Shown here piece after piece: positions 19,720 to 30,239 of a stretch of DNA of 64,000 nt (within the stretch, counting starts at the first letter, position 1; the number at the start of each line of letters is the position of its first letter). Under the pieces are notes generated by a model. It ran no database searches, was not told where the DNA came from, and saw nothing but the letters and a program-made list of their open reading frames with translations. Source of the stretch: Methanobacteriota archaeon (GTDB taxonomy: Archaea > Thermoplasmatota > Thermoplasmata > SG8-5 > JAGLSY01). The stretch lies in the NCBI GenBank assembly GCA_020697715.1, contig JAEHCO010000001.1, positions 192,001-256,000 of the forward strand. The letters are read 5' to 3'. Both the position numbers and the translations under genes were made by a program.

Positions 19720-22700
19720 TTACTGGGGCAGGGATGCTTTCCTCTTCCTGCGAACTATGCTGAATATGACCATTGGCATGAAGATGACGAATGCAAGTGC
19801 GCTGTATTCGGATATGATGATCACCATCGTACCAGATGCGAACATCACCCATGTTATTCCAGCATTGGCATTACTGCCTGCTGTGAAATGTGGCGCACCG
19901 ATCAGGACATCTATTTTATTATCTCCATCCAGGTCGCCAACCTTACAGACAGACCATCCAAAGTGTGAACTGGCATTGGCAGAATAATTTACATAATCCG
20001 CATTGGCGGCGCTTATCGCACTAGCCATAGTGGCAGAGCCATTGAAGATATACACCGCTCCTTTTCCACTACTGTAATACGGTGCTCCGACAATGACATC
20101 GTCGTATGTGTCACCATTGAAGTCATCCAAGCCATGAACGGAGTAGCCGAACTTATCACCGGAGGTTTCGCCTGTGAGAGTGACGGCTATCTTGCAATAC
20201 TTGTAGCTTATAGTTATTGAGGAAAGGACTGGAGTATAGCAAACCTGTGTTGTGCTCATCACTATCTTGTATCGGAGATCGTCGCCCTGGGCTTCCCCGC
20301 CTGTGAAAGAATACTCAATTCCATCAGAAACAGCGGTGTAAGTGGTTCCACCATCACGTGACACGGAGACCGTCATGCTGGCTCCGTTCGTCACCGCTGT
20401 CCAATCCGCGGTCATTGATGTTATCTGACCACTGACCGCCGTTGTGGAAGATTCATAGGTTCCTGGTGTGTTGTATTTATACACATTCACATCATCAATC
20501 CAGACATCTGACATCCCTGCTGTTCCAGAAAGGAAGGTTATGGCACTCATAGAGTCCACTGTAGCGACATTGGCCATAAGGGCATCCGTGTATTCCAGTG
20601 TACCGTTGATGAACATATCGAACTGATCATTGTCACAATCTGCTACAACGGTTATAGTGTACCAGCAACCTGTAGCATAGGGCATTATTACCTCGGTACT
20701 GTCTCCGCCCTGGAAGTCCCTAACACAGATATCACCATCAATGAACTGCATCTGGAAAGCAAAGGTCGCGCCATCGAATCCAGCCATGGAAAAGTAGTCA
20801 TCCGCGGTCTGAGATTCGAAATATATCTTGAACTCCATACAGACAAAACCTGTAGCATCCGTGAAAGTGTCATCTATCTGGATGTTCTGGTCCACACTGT
20901 TCGTATCGTTAAAGTTAAGACCATTAGAGGCCGAGACCGAGTAAGTGTCATCAACAGCCACATCACACCCAGTACCTTCTGCCGTTATGGTCCACCCAGT
21001 TGGATCATTCCCCACGGTCTCTCCGGTATCAAAATTATCTTCATATGTTATGGTCTTATCGAGCATCAGGTCTCCACCGGAGGAGGCGTATATGTTTGTG
21101 TTAGGATTTGCCGATGCCAGACTGCTTCCAGTAGCCGTGAAATCAGACTGAGATGTATCTGTCCTAGAGCCAGTTCCATCTATGTCCCCTCCCTTGTATA
21201 TGTAGGCATTGCCATTTGAAGTTCCAGGAGCTCCAACTATAACATCATCATTGCCACTATTATCTACATTTCCAGCACTGGCCACGCTCCAGCCAAATTT
21301 ACTCTGAACAGCGGCCCCGGAAACATGGAGGTACATGTGATCGATATAAACAGTATCAAGGTTGGAATCTCCAGACGTGGCATCCACCACCCCAATATAT
21401 AGAGTTCCAGTATAGGCATCCAGGGTGGCGTCCGAGTATGTCTGATATACATCATCATCACTTGTCTTGGTCATATCCAGCATCTTGGTCCATGTATCTA
21501 CAGCTCCTGTTCCAGCAGTGGAATAATAAAATTCGAAATTCTCACTATCCAGATCTGTCCTGTACCCATCAAGATAGAAGGTGGAATCTGTCCCAGCAGT
21601 AACGGACATGGTCCATTTATGTTCTAATCTAGTAGAAGCGATCGATACGGTGGTGTTCACACACATGAAATCGATTTCTAAAGTGTCTGCCTGACTATTG
21701 GCAGAAGTATTGTCAATAGCGCCGACATAGAACGCTCCTCCGGTGAAGCCATCTGCATCCAGATCGAAGGTGTAAGTTGTCTGGGCCTGGGCGTCGACAG
21801 AGAACATGTAAGTCCATGCGCTAGTTCCAACATCTCCAGAATTTGTTGTGGCATAATAGAACATAAATTCATCATTTGGACTGCCACCTGAATCCCAGCC
21901 AGCACGTAGTTGGAACTCATACTGATCGGCAGATGCGGGTGTTGATGTGAAGGTCCATTTATGTTCAAGGCTGTAATGTGGCACAGCTGTACTGTCCATG
22001 GTCACATTCACATCATCCAGCCATACTGCTTCACCACTTCGCATTGATGCAGCACGCCACTGGATCTGGAAAGCACTATGCAAATATTGCGAGTCGGTTA
22101 TAGTCTCTTGATAATTGTACCATGTATCCTCGGTAGTTTGCAGGGTTGCCAAATCTTCTATGAGGTCCCAGGTTCCGGTATTGTCATAGTAATAGAGGGT
22201 GTAATCATTGGGATCGGCATCATCTTCGCGCCACCAAAAGTCAACATCAATGCTTGTTGCAGATGAAGTATCCATTGATGGGGATTGAAGAGTGCCAGAT
22301 AAGCCAGGATTTGCACCATCGAAATCTGCAGAATATGAGCCCGTATGGAACTGATCTGTTTCTGGATTCCATACTGTTCCTGCGGCTTCAGTCCAATCGG
22401 TGGGCCAAGAGGTGCTCTCAAAGCTCTCTGTGGGAATCAGAGTAGTAGTACTGCTGCCCCCAGTGATCTGGTACTCTACAATGTCCTGGGTTGTTCCATC
22501 CTGGTCTGCCGTATCAGTGTAATCATTTACATTTGAGCCAGAATCTGATTCATTATATGTTTCTGAAGTAGCAAAATCCTCATCATAGACAGCTGCAGAA
22601 CTTACCTCAGTTATGCTCTGATAGCCATCATTCTGCGTCTGAGTATTGGTGTGGGTGCCGGAGACCGTGCCAGTGTCTGCAACATCAGCCCCTGTGGTGT

Positions 22701-25700
22701 AATCGGTCGTCAAGAAGGCTTTTTCCGATAGTAGCTCCTTATATGGAACTGATGTGAAATACAAATGATCCACATATAGAGTGTCATTAACAGTATTGCC
22801 TTCACTACTATCAGTATCAATGACTCCCACATAGACAGTTCCTGAGAGACTGCAAAGAGTGTCATCCGTATATGATTGATATGCGTCATTTTCTGTTGTC
22901 TTGGTCACGGTCAGCATCTTGGTCCAGCCAGAGTCACCTACTGTTCCTGTGCCCGTTGTTGAATAATAGAAGTCAAAGTCATCTCCTTCTGTATTGGAAG
23001 TGTGGTTTGCCTCGAGGTAGAACGTGTTCTGAGATCTGGAGGATATGGACACATTCCATTTATGCTCCAATCGGCTTACTTTCGGAGTGTAGGTCACCAC
23101 TATATCGTCCACGTATGCATCCTCATTGAGAGCGGATCTGTACAGATAGAATCGTATTGCCAGATTTGGATTGTTGTTGGCAGAAGCTGGCAGGAGGAAA
23201 GATTTGTCTGCATAAGCCAAGTCCCCTGTCAGTTCTTCAAGTATGACATAGCCGGAACCGACATCATACTCTGCTCTGAAATAATCCACTCCCGAATCCA
23301 ACCCGGTTGCGGCAACGGAGTAAGATAGAGTTATGCCCTCTTTTCCAGTTGAATCTATTGTCCTGGCTATGTGATTTGTAGTAACTGAATTTCCGCTTCC
23401 CAGGTCGCAAGAATATGTGCCAGTATTGACGTTCTCAGTACTCGCAGCAGGATCCCCAGTGACAGTCCATCCACCAGTCGTCAGATCGCCGCTTTCAAAT
23501 CCATCACTGAAGAATGATATGCCGCCCCCTGAACCGCCTCCCCATACTTCTTCAATCTCTTCATAACCATCATTACTGGATTGGGTACTGGTGTAGGTAT
23601 TGGTCAAGGTCCCACTGACATTCCAATCTGTATCGGCAGTCTCCAATACAGGTAGACTGAACACATAGGCTCTCTCATTACCTGGTTCACCGATTATGAC
23701 CTCGCTTCCTGCTGTGCCATCCGTGTTGCCAGCATCGGAAACAGAGAAGCCGAAATTACCATTGGACACTGTACCGTTCAATGATACATCTGCTGTCGCG
23801 GCTGTTGTTGGAATGCTTCCGTCTCCGTAGAAGATATAGGCCTTACCTTTGCCCGAGTTGGCATATGGAGCGCCGACAATGACATCGTCATTATTGGCAT
23901 TATTGTAATCACCTGCTCCACTCACGCTCGCCCCAAAGTCATCCCCACTGGCTCCACCAGTAATAGTGACATTCGCGCTCGTAGATGCTAGGTCCCAACT
24001 GCCATCACCGGTAACCTCCTCCCAGTTGAGACCCTTTCCATAAAATATGTACGCATTGCCATTTGTCGTATCTGGCGCGCCCACTATAATATCGTCATAA
24101 CCATCATTATCTACATCACCAGCATCACTCACATCCCAACCGAAATGGTCGCCCGACGCCGCGCCCGTTATGGTGACATTGGCAAATGCCGCCTGCATGT
24201 AATTGCCATTCGATGAGTTGAAACCGTAATATCCGAAGAATACGTAAGCGCGACCTTCATTGCCGCTTGCACCTGGTGCTCCAACCACCACATCGGGGTA
24301 ATTGTCATTATTGACATCGCCAGCATATGACACGTTCCATCCAAATAGATCACTGGCCGCTGATCCATTACCTGATGTGACCTCACTTAACTGTAGCATA
24401 TCCCCGGCCATTGGAGCTTCAGGATCAGGAGCGGAGCGAGTTACTGGTAATGTAAGGGGAGTGTCTTCCTCAATGGCTGTATCTGAATCCTCATTCCATG
24501 AGATGGTCTCGAAAGAGGCTGATATATCCTCCACAGTCTGTATATCCAGCATGACCTCCAATTGTTTGGTATCATATTGGAAATCAGGCATCTGGATGTC
24601 TGCCCAGCTCCATTCTCTCTGCGATAGGCCTGTGAACTCTCTGGTAAATGAAGATTTGATCTCACCGTATTTACCACTGAATTCTATAATGTAATCCACA
24701 CCCAGCCCGGAGCGAGAATATCCCGTAGAGGTGTCATTGTCCACATCCACATAGATCGTGGAGGTGTCATAGCCATTCAATGGTGGTATGTGGTCAGGAC
24801 CGATGTATTTGGTCACTTTGGTATCCTCATTATAGAGTTCTTCATCAGTTCCGCCTGCATCGTGGTCTATCTCGCCATCACCATCATCGTCATTGGATTC
24901 CGAGTCCGGGATCCCATCATTATTGAAATCATGTTCATAACCAGGTTCATACTGATCCAATATACCATCACCATCACTATCTACCTGGGCAGTGGTGGTG
25001 GATGGAGGTGGTGGCGTGGAAGAAGGTGCCCTTGCAGTGGCAGTTAGAGGTACACTAGCCCCGCCCATGATATCGCCATTTGACCTCATATAGAAGGCTA
25101 ATTTTGTACCATCATTATAAGCGCCATATCTGCTGATATCTATGGAGGTGCTGGATCCTGTATCAGGCTCTCCTATTTCATCATTGGAAGCGGAGGACCA
25201 ATCACTGAAACCACCGTCTATCATTACCCCGAACGGAACAACATCAATGTATCCAAGGTCATAACTGGAAGATTCGGTATTTAGAGAAGCTACTCCATCG
25301 ACCACTGATATTCCAGCAGAGCTTGTTATTTCCGCGCCCAGTGTTGTTCCGGAGCTGGCAGATGCTGATATATCCACTTCCAATGTAAAGCTCTGTGTCT
25401 GTCCTGCAGGGATGGTGGTTCCCATGGCGAGGCTTAATGTTGATGATAATTGTGATGTCTCTACCACGGTGCTACCTGCGCTATTCAATACCCTGACAGA
25501 AGATATTGATGACAATGGAATCGTTCCTTTTAATGTGACCTGGACAGAATCCAGGACCGCATCTATTTCTGTTGCTGTGACATCGAAAGCGAGAAGCGAT
25601 TGACCAGATCCAGAAAGGATCTCCGAGCACGAACTTCTCTGTTCGACAGTGAGTATGGCTAAAGAATTACTGACCAGATGATCTGAATGATCATGGTATC

Positions 25701-28395
25701 CGTCATATGATTGTGAATGTACGGCGATCGTCACAGGGCCAGGATCCACCATGTCCAAAGCAGACCAAGCCACTTGTGTCTCGACCGTCTGTGCTTGTGA
25801 TCTGGCAACTATGCTTCCAACCGAGGTGAAGCCACGCCAATCATCATTGTCACTTCCTCCGAAAGAATTGAGCTGGGAGCTGATCACGTTTCCGTTCCAA
25901 CCCTTTATCTCTATCATGAAATTAGCGCCCATCTCTTCAAATTTGTAGCCTGTTGTGGGATCTTGGTCCGTGTCAATGAACAAGTGGAAAATATCAACAA
26001 GACCAGCATCGTTAATGGGCTCGCCTGCCATAATCTGGCCACCATCCACCACGTCGATGTAGAATGATAGGTATTTGTCATCATTGTTCTCCGCGGCCAC
26101 ACCGACAATATCTATATTGGGATTGAAATCCACACCTTCTGATGATGATGTGGTCTCACCGACACCTTCCCAGTCGGAGAAATCTCCATCGATCACTATG
26201 CTATCATTTTCGACTGCTGGTGGGGAGAAAGACACCATGGGTACGAGCAGAAGGAGAACGGCCACCAAAGGAATGATGTATAGTTTCCATTTATTGCGAC
26301 GGGCTTCTCTATTGAATCTAGCTCCTCCAAGACCATTGGTCATACCGGTCCCATTTGTCAAACCATTAGTCATGCCACTTCTTAATGCCCTCAGACCATT
26401 GGTAAGGCCATTTGTAACACCATTCGTAAGACCATTGGTAAGGCCATTTGTAACACCATTCGTGAGGCCGTTGGTCAGACCATTCGTCATGCCGTTTGTA
26501 CGACCGAGACCATTTGTCAAACCATTAGTCATGCCGTTTGTACGACCGAGACCATTTGTCAAGCCATTAGTCATGCCGTTTGTACGACCGAGACCATTTG
26601 TCAAGCCATTAGTCATGCCGTTTGTGCGACCGAGACCATTTGTCAAGCCATTGGTCATGCCGTTTGTACGACCGAGGCCATTTGTCAAGCCATTAGTCAT
26701 ACCGTTTGTACGACCGAGGCCATTTGTCAAACCATTGGTCATACCATTGGTTCTTCCCTGGCCCTTACTGCTAGCTTTGGCCAGGCCATTCGTCATGCCT
26801 TTACGAAGGCCATTCGTCATACCCCTGTCCTTCGCTACTGGCGACTTGGATTGAAGTGGCTTGGTGACAGATTCTATCATTCTCGCTTCATCATCTGAAA
26901 CAGGCTCGGGTGCGTGAGGCGTGGCCTCCGCGCCTTCTGAGAATAAATGGGCCAGTTCATCGATCGCCGATTCCTCTTCTTCTGAAATGTCAGGAACAGG
27001 GGCCTTGAAAACCTCTGGTTCAGAATCCAGAGGTTTAACAGTTGATTCGATCAGATCGATCTCATCATCATCGAGATCCAGAGAACTCAGATCTTCAGAA
27101 AGATCAAGGTCTAATGAATCTAATTTACTCGTTATGCTATCCAAGATCTCTGATTCTTCCTCAGAGACCTCTGTTATATTTCCTGGCAGGTCCTCATCTT
27201 TGTCATCCAGCTCAAGAATGTCATTTTGGATCTGTCTCTGCTCTGCCAGCCAGACCTCCTTGTCCACCTCGGAATCATCCTCCACGGATTCCAATTCAAG
27301 GAGTAGATCTTCCATATCATCATCTGTTTCGGTGATGGTGGTCGTCACACCAAGCTCCATGGCTCTTTTATAACAAGATGCGGCCTTCTTATGTTCGCCC
27401 ATCTTGGTGAAGACCTCGGCCTTCATGTTCCAAACACCAGGATAATTAGCATCGATCTTGGTGATCTCGTTCAGAGCCTGAAGAGCCTCGTCATTCTTAT
27501 CCATCTTTGACAATACCTCGCCTTTCAGGAACCATTGTTCTATGTCTGAAGGATCTGAACTTATAACAGCCTCTATATCGGCCAACTGTGAAGCCAGATC
27601 AGAATCAACATCATCTTCTGCTTCATCTTTGAACTTCATTCCACATTGATAACAGACATTATCTCCCACTTCCAATATCGTAGCACAAAGAGGACACGCG
27701 AATTCCTCGACTGTTTCTTCAATGTTCAATTCATCTATGACTGGTTGTCCTATCCCCTCGGATTTCTCATCCAGTGTGACGATTATCTTGATCTTCTGAG
27801 CGGACTTAAGACCTATGCCTTCTACCGAGGACAGCTCATCCACACTTGCCTCTCTCAGGTCGTCCACTGACCTGAATCCCGCATTGTATAGCGCTTTTCC
27901 CTTTAGAGATCCCAAACCAGGCACTGAGGTCAATAATTGAATGGCCTTTGTCTGTCGCTGTCTATGCGGATCAGCCATTTCCTCGGATACCATTTGCTCC
28001 AATATTTGATCCACACTTTCTCTCGATGACAGTGTATGACTGAGTGGATGGGCTTGACTGGATGAGGTATCTTTGAGGTTTTTAAGAAGTAGATCACTGG
28101 AACCATTGTAATTTCCAATTCCAGCTTGGGCTCGAGCCATGTTCAAAGTAAGTCCCGGAGTATTTGGAGCCAAAGCATTGACCTTGTCAAAACATTTGAG
28201 TGCTTCTTGATCTTTACCAAATGATAAAAGGGTCTCTCCATGAGCCATCCATAGTCTTGGATTATTAGGATTGGCATTGAGCAATCGCTTTTGTCTTTCC
28301 AGAAGTGATTCACTAACCTTGACAGGCTTGGTATCTGAGGCTTTTCCCCATTTGGCGATAAAATCCTCAGTGAATCGCTTTTTCTCTGGTGCCAT
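19720..28395 (-). CDS. Giant membrane-spanning protein: TPR-HhH-Zn ribbon-TPR-acidic-(TNG)n-TM-ectodomain with 7 FG-GAP repeats and a PEF-CTERM-like tail
   Basis: Single ORF (track start 28473; ATG 28395 has a GGGAG SD); TPRs, VPGLG/VEGIG HhH, CPLC..CYQCG, TM LYIIPLVAVLLLLVPMV, GDxNxDxYxDxxVGAP repeats, C-terminal ISEY-TM-RRKRK. Confidence 0.85.
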   Translation of the reverse strand: MAPEKKRFTEDFIAKWGKASDTKPVKVSESLLERQKRLLNANPNNPRLWMAHGETLLSFGKDQEALKCFDKVNALAPNTPGLTLNMARAQAGIGNYNGSSDLLLKNLKDTSSSQAHPLSHTLSSRESVDQILEQMVSEEMADPHRQRQTKAIQLLTSVPGLGSLKGKALYNAGFRSVDDLREASVDELSSVEGIGLKSAQKIKIIVTLDEKSEGIGQPVIDELNIEETVEEFACPLCATILEVGDNVCYQCGMKFKDEAEDDVDSDLASQLADIEAVISSDPSDIEQWFLKGEVLSKMDKNDEALQALNEITKIDANYPGVWNMKAEVFTKMGEHKKAASCYKRAMELGVTTTITETDDDMEDLLLELESVEDDSEVDKEVWLAEQRQIQNDILELDDKDEDLPGNITEVSEEESEILDSITSKLDSLDLDLSEDLSSLDLDDDEIDLIESTVKPLDSEPEVFKAPVPDISEEEESAIDELAHLFSEGAEATPHAPEPVSDDEARMIESVTKPLQSKSPVAKDRGMTNGLRKGMTNGLAKASSKGQGRTNGMTNGLTNGLGRTNGMTNGLTNGLGRTNGMTNGLTNGLGRTNGMTNGLTNGLGRTNGMTNGLTNGLGRTNGMTNGLTNGLGRTNGMTNGLTNGLTNGVTNGLTNGLTNGVTNGLTNGLRALRSGMTNGLTNGTGMTNGLGGARFNREARRNKWKLYIIPLVAVLLLLVPMVSFSPPAVENDSIVIDGDFSDWEGVGETTSSSEGVDFNPNIDIVGVAAENNDDKYLSFYIDVVDGGQIMAGEPINDAGLVDIFHLFIDTDQDPTTGYKFEEMGANFMIEIKGWNGNVISSQLNSFGGSDNDDWRGFTSVGSIVARSQAQTVETQVAWSALDMVDPGPVTIAVHSQSYDGYHDHSDHLVSNSLAILTVEQRSSCSEILSGSGQSLLAFDVTATEIDAVLDSVQVTLKGTIPLSSISSVRVLNSAGSTVVETSQLSSTLSLAMGTTIPAGQTQSFTLEVDISASASSGTTLGAEITSSAGISVVDGVASLNTESSSYDLGYIDVVPFGVMIDGGFSDWSSASNDEIGEPDTGSSTSIDISRYGAYNDGTKLAFYMRSNGDIMGGASVPLTATARAPSSTPPPPSTTTAQVDSDGDGILDQYEPGYEHDFNNDGIPDSESNDDDGDGEIDHDAGGTDEELYNEDTKVTKYIGPDHIPPLNGYDTSTIYVDVDNDTSTGYSRSGLGVDYIIEFSGKYGEIKSSFTREFTGLSQREWSWADIQMPDFQYDTKQLEVMLDIQTVEDISASFETISWNEDSDTAIEEDTPLTLPVTRSAPDPEAPMAGDMLQLSEVTSGNGSAASDLFGWNVSYAGDVNNDNYPDVVVGAPGASGNEGRAYVFFGYYGFNSSNGNYMQAAFANVTITGAASGDHFGWDVSDAGDVDNDGYDDIIVGAPDTTNGNAYIFYGKGLNWEEVTGDGSWDLASTSANVTITGGASGDDFGASVSGAGDYNNANNDDVIVGAPYANSGKGKAYIFYGDGSIPTTAATADVSLNGTVSNGNFGFSVSDAGNTDGTAGSEVIIGEPGNERAYVFSLPVLETADTDWNVSGTLTNTYTSTQSSNDGYEEIEEVWGGGSGGGISFFSDGFESGDLTTGGWTVTGDPAASTENVNTGTYSCDLGSGNSVTTNHIARTIDSTGKEGITLSYSVAATGLDSGVDYFRAEYDVGSGYVILEELTGDLAYADKSFLLPASANNNPNLAIRFYLYRSALNEDAYVDDIVVTYTPKVSRLEHKWNVSISSRSQNTFYLEANHTSNTEGDDFDFYYSTTGTGTVGDSGWTKMLTVTKTTENDAYQSYTDDTLCSLSGTVYVGVIDTDSSEGNTVNDTLYVDHLYFTSVPYKELLSEKAFLTTDYTTGADVADTGTVSGTHTNTQTQNDGYQSITEVSSAAVYDEDFATSETYNESDSGSNVNDYTDTADQDGTTQDIVEYQITGGSSTTTLIPTESFESTSWPTDWTEAAGTVWNPETDQFHTGSYSADFDGANPGLSGTLQSPSMDTSSATSIDVDFWWREDDADPNDYTLYYYDNTGTWDLIEDLATLQTTEDTWYNYQETITDSQYLHSAFQIQWRAASMRSGEAVWLDDVNVTMDSTAVPHYSLEHKWTFTSTPASADQYEFQLRAGWDSGGSPNDEFMFYYATTNSGDVGTSAWTYMFSVDAQAQTTYTFDLDADGFTGGAFYVGAIDNTSANSQADTLEIDFMCVNTTVSIASTRLEHKWTMSVTAGTDSTFYLDGYRTDLDSENFEFYYSTAGTGAVDTWTKMLDMTKTSDDDVYQTYSDATLDAYTGTLYIGVVDATSGDSNLDTVYIDHMYLHVSGAAVQSKFGWSVASAGNVDNSGNDDVIVGAPGTSNGNAYIYKGGDIDGTGSRTDTSQSDFTATGSSLASANPNTNIYASSGGDLMLDKTITYEDNFDTGETVGNDPTGWTITAEGTGCDVAVDDTYSVSASNGLNFNDTNSVDQNIQIDDTFTDATGFVCMEFKIYFESQTADDYFSMAGFDGATFAFQMQFIDGDICVRDFQGGDSTEVIMPYATGCWYTITVVADCDNDQFDMFINGTLEYTDALMANVATVDSMSAITFLSGTAGMSDVWIDDVNVYKYNTPGTYESSTTAVSGQITSMTADWTAVTNGASMTVSVSRDGGTTYTAVSDGIEYSFTGGEAQGDDLRYKIVMSTTQVCYTPVLSSITISYKYCKIAVTLTGETSGDKFGYSVHGLDDFNGDTYDDVIVGAPYYSSGKGAVYIFNGSATMASAISAANADYVNYSANASSHFGWSVCKVGDLDGDNKIDVLIGAPHFTAGSNANAGITWVMFASGTMVIIISEYSALAFVIFMPMVIFSIVRRKRKASLPQ
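26332..26823 (-). repeat. Coding tandem repeat: 7 x 42-bp units (GRTNGMTNGLTNGL) plus further TNGx tetrads
   Basis: Gly-Arg codons recur every 42 bp (26501-26753); units differ at synonymous positions. Confidence 0.95.
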
Positions 28396-28597
28396 GGTCT
28401 CCCTGAATCCCTTGCATAGGTGATCGTGGAAATGTGACGCCTGTTTATTTATCGGTCTATTAGGCGTGCGCAATATTGTTTAATTTACCATATACATTAA
28501 AACATAATGCATGGGGATATAATAAGGTTCTATGCAATATATTACATCGACTATTTTAATTGTTAATATTTATATAACAAAAAAGTTTTAACAATAC

Positions 28598-29326
28598 TTA
28601 GGCCAATGCTCTCTCGATCGGATAATAGGGGATCTCCAAACGTTCAAGGTTATTGCCTATGTTTATCGTGATGACAAGGCCCCTTCCCTTTATTTCCTTT
28701 ATTTCAGGATTGAGGAATTCGGCCTTCATTCTCTTAATAAGACTTGCCCTGAAGGTCTTCAGGCTTGATCTTTCTATCCTTGCCAAGTCCTTGATCTTAC
28801 TTGTCGGGTAATATCTCAGGTGCCTGCCATCCTTCAATACAGATATCAAGCCAGAACCTTCCAATCTATCGAACATAGATCGGGAATGATTCTTATCTTC
28901 CAGGGCCATCTTCAATGCCCCTGTGCTTGAGCCGGGTTCCTTCACTATCTGCTTGAAAACAATATTATGAGAAGGGTCGTTCAAAAGACTGAGAGCTCTT
29001 TTGGAATCGTCCTCTTTCAGCATACCTGTTGGGAAATACACCATCCTGTTGAAATAAGATTTACTCTGCACATAATCTCTATCCTCAAGAGCATCCAGAT
29101 GCCAGATGACAGTTGGTCGAGAAAGGGCAAGTTCTGAAGATATACGAGAAACAGTGATGCATGGTGTTAGACATAGAAGCTGGAATATATTTTTCCTATT
29201 ATGGTTCGAGATCACACTGGCTTTCCTTCGAGAGCTTGTGGTCTCTTCTTTATCAGGGAGCTTGTCCTCGACAACCCTTTTCAATGCATCTCCTATCTTT
29301 TCCATTGGAGACCGCCTAGCCCTCAT
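28598..29326 (-). CDS. Tandem winged-HTH (ArsR-like) transcriptional regulator
   Basis: RKNIFQLL...P...SRISSELALSRPTVIWHLDALE, plus a second wHTH (EPG...LEGSGLI...DGR). Confidence 0.8.
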   Translation of the reverse strand: MRARRSPMEKIGDALKRVVEDKLPDKEETTSSRRKASVISNHNRKNIFQLLCLTPCITVSRISSELALSRPTVIWHLDALEDRDYVQSKSYFNRMVYFPTGMLKEDDSKRALSLLNDPSHNIVFKQIVKEPGSSTGALKMALEDKNHSRSMFDRLEGSGLISVLKDGRHLRYYPTSKIKDLARIERSSLKTFRASLIKRMKAEFLNPEIKEIKGRGLVITINIGNNLERLEIPYYPIERALA

Positions 29327-30239
29327 CGATCAGCTCATATTCTGAAAGAATTTGAGTCAATATATACTCTGGATCCAGATGGCCAATATCCTCTTCTGAT
29401 AATTTATTGATGGTCCTGATAAGGCTCTGCTTGACCTTGGGTGTCAGCTTCGCCTTCTTATCTGCGGGCAATTGCTCAAATATGCCATTCAGCAATGAGG
29501 TCATGTCCACAATGTTCTTTGGAACTTGATTGGCAAGTTTGGCTCTTTGAGTGATTATGCCACTTCCTCTAACGATCGTGTACGGATGCCAAAATTTGCT
29601 GTGCCTGCTACTCCGGCACTTGATGATCTTCATTTCTCTTCTTTCAGGGCTATCGTGACTTCTGTATCTGAGGTGAATGACATTATCAGCCAGGTACATC
29701 GGAATTACCAACTCCGGTCCTGATAGATCACCAACAACACCATGTTCCTCCAGGGTGCACACCACCGTTCCTATGTTCCTCGTCCCCCTGAGAAGTGATG
29801 AAACTAAGTCTCTTTGCTCGTACTTATCCTCGGTGGACCAGAGCACGGGTGTAAGGGGATCGATGACTATCCTGGCATTATATCCTTGCCATTCATCAAC
29901 AAAGCCCGCCAATTCTGTTTTGATAAAATCCGAGAACTCGCGGCCACCGGCATCGACGAAGATCAGCATCCCTTTATCAATATAATCCTCAACATCTTCC
30001 CAACCCATTTCTATCACGCCCTTGATGATCTGCTTCGGGCTCTCATCAAGAGTTATGAATATGGCATCTTCTCCCAATTCCAGACCTCGCTTCAGGAAAT
30101 AAGTTGCAAAAGTGGTCTTGCCAGCACCGGAAGTTCCGATAACCGCAGTTATCGTATTCTCATTAATGCCTCCGTCCATCAGACCGTTCAGTCCATAGAC
30201 ACCACTCTTGATCTTTTTCAAAGGTATGTGGCTCACCAT
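29316..30239 (-). CDS. KaiC/RAD55-family ATPase with C-terminal helical extension
   Basis: SGVYGLNGLMDGG, GTSGAGKTT, TLDE, VIDP, LADNVIHL, KCR. Confidence 0.87.
   Translation of the reverse strand: MVSHIPLKKIKSGVYGLNGLMDGGINENTITAVIGTSGAGKTTFATYFLKRGLELGEDAIFITLDESPKQIIKGVIEMGWEDVEDYIDKGMLIFVDAGGREFSDFIKTELAGFVDEWQGYNARIVIDPLTPVLWSTEDKYEQRDLVSSLLRGTRNIGTVVCTLEEHGVVGDLSGPELVIPMYLADNVIHLRYRSHDSPERREMKIIKCRSSRHSKFWHPYTIVRGSGIITQRAKLANQVPKNIVDMTSLLNGIFEQLPADKKAKLTPKVKQSLIRTINKLSEEDIGHLDPEYILTQILSEYELIDEG

Noticed and set aside
26332-26823. Regular 42-bp periodicity as a possible CRISPR array
   Set aside because: No unique spacers; the repeat is in-frame coding sequence with silent variation; no cas genes
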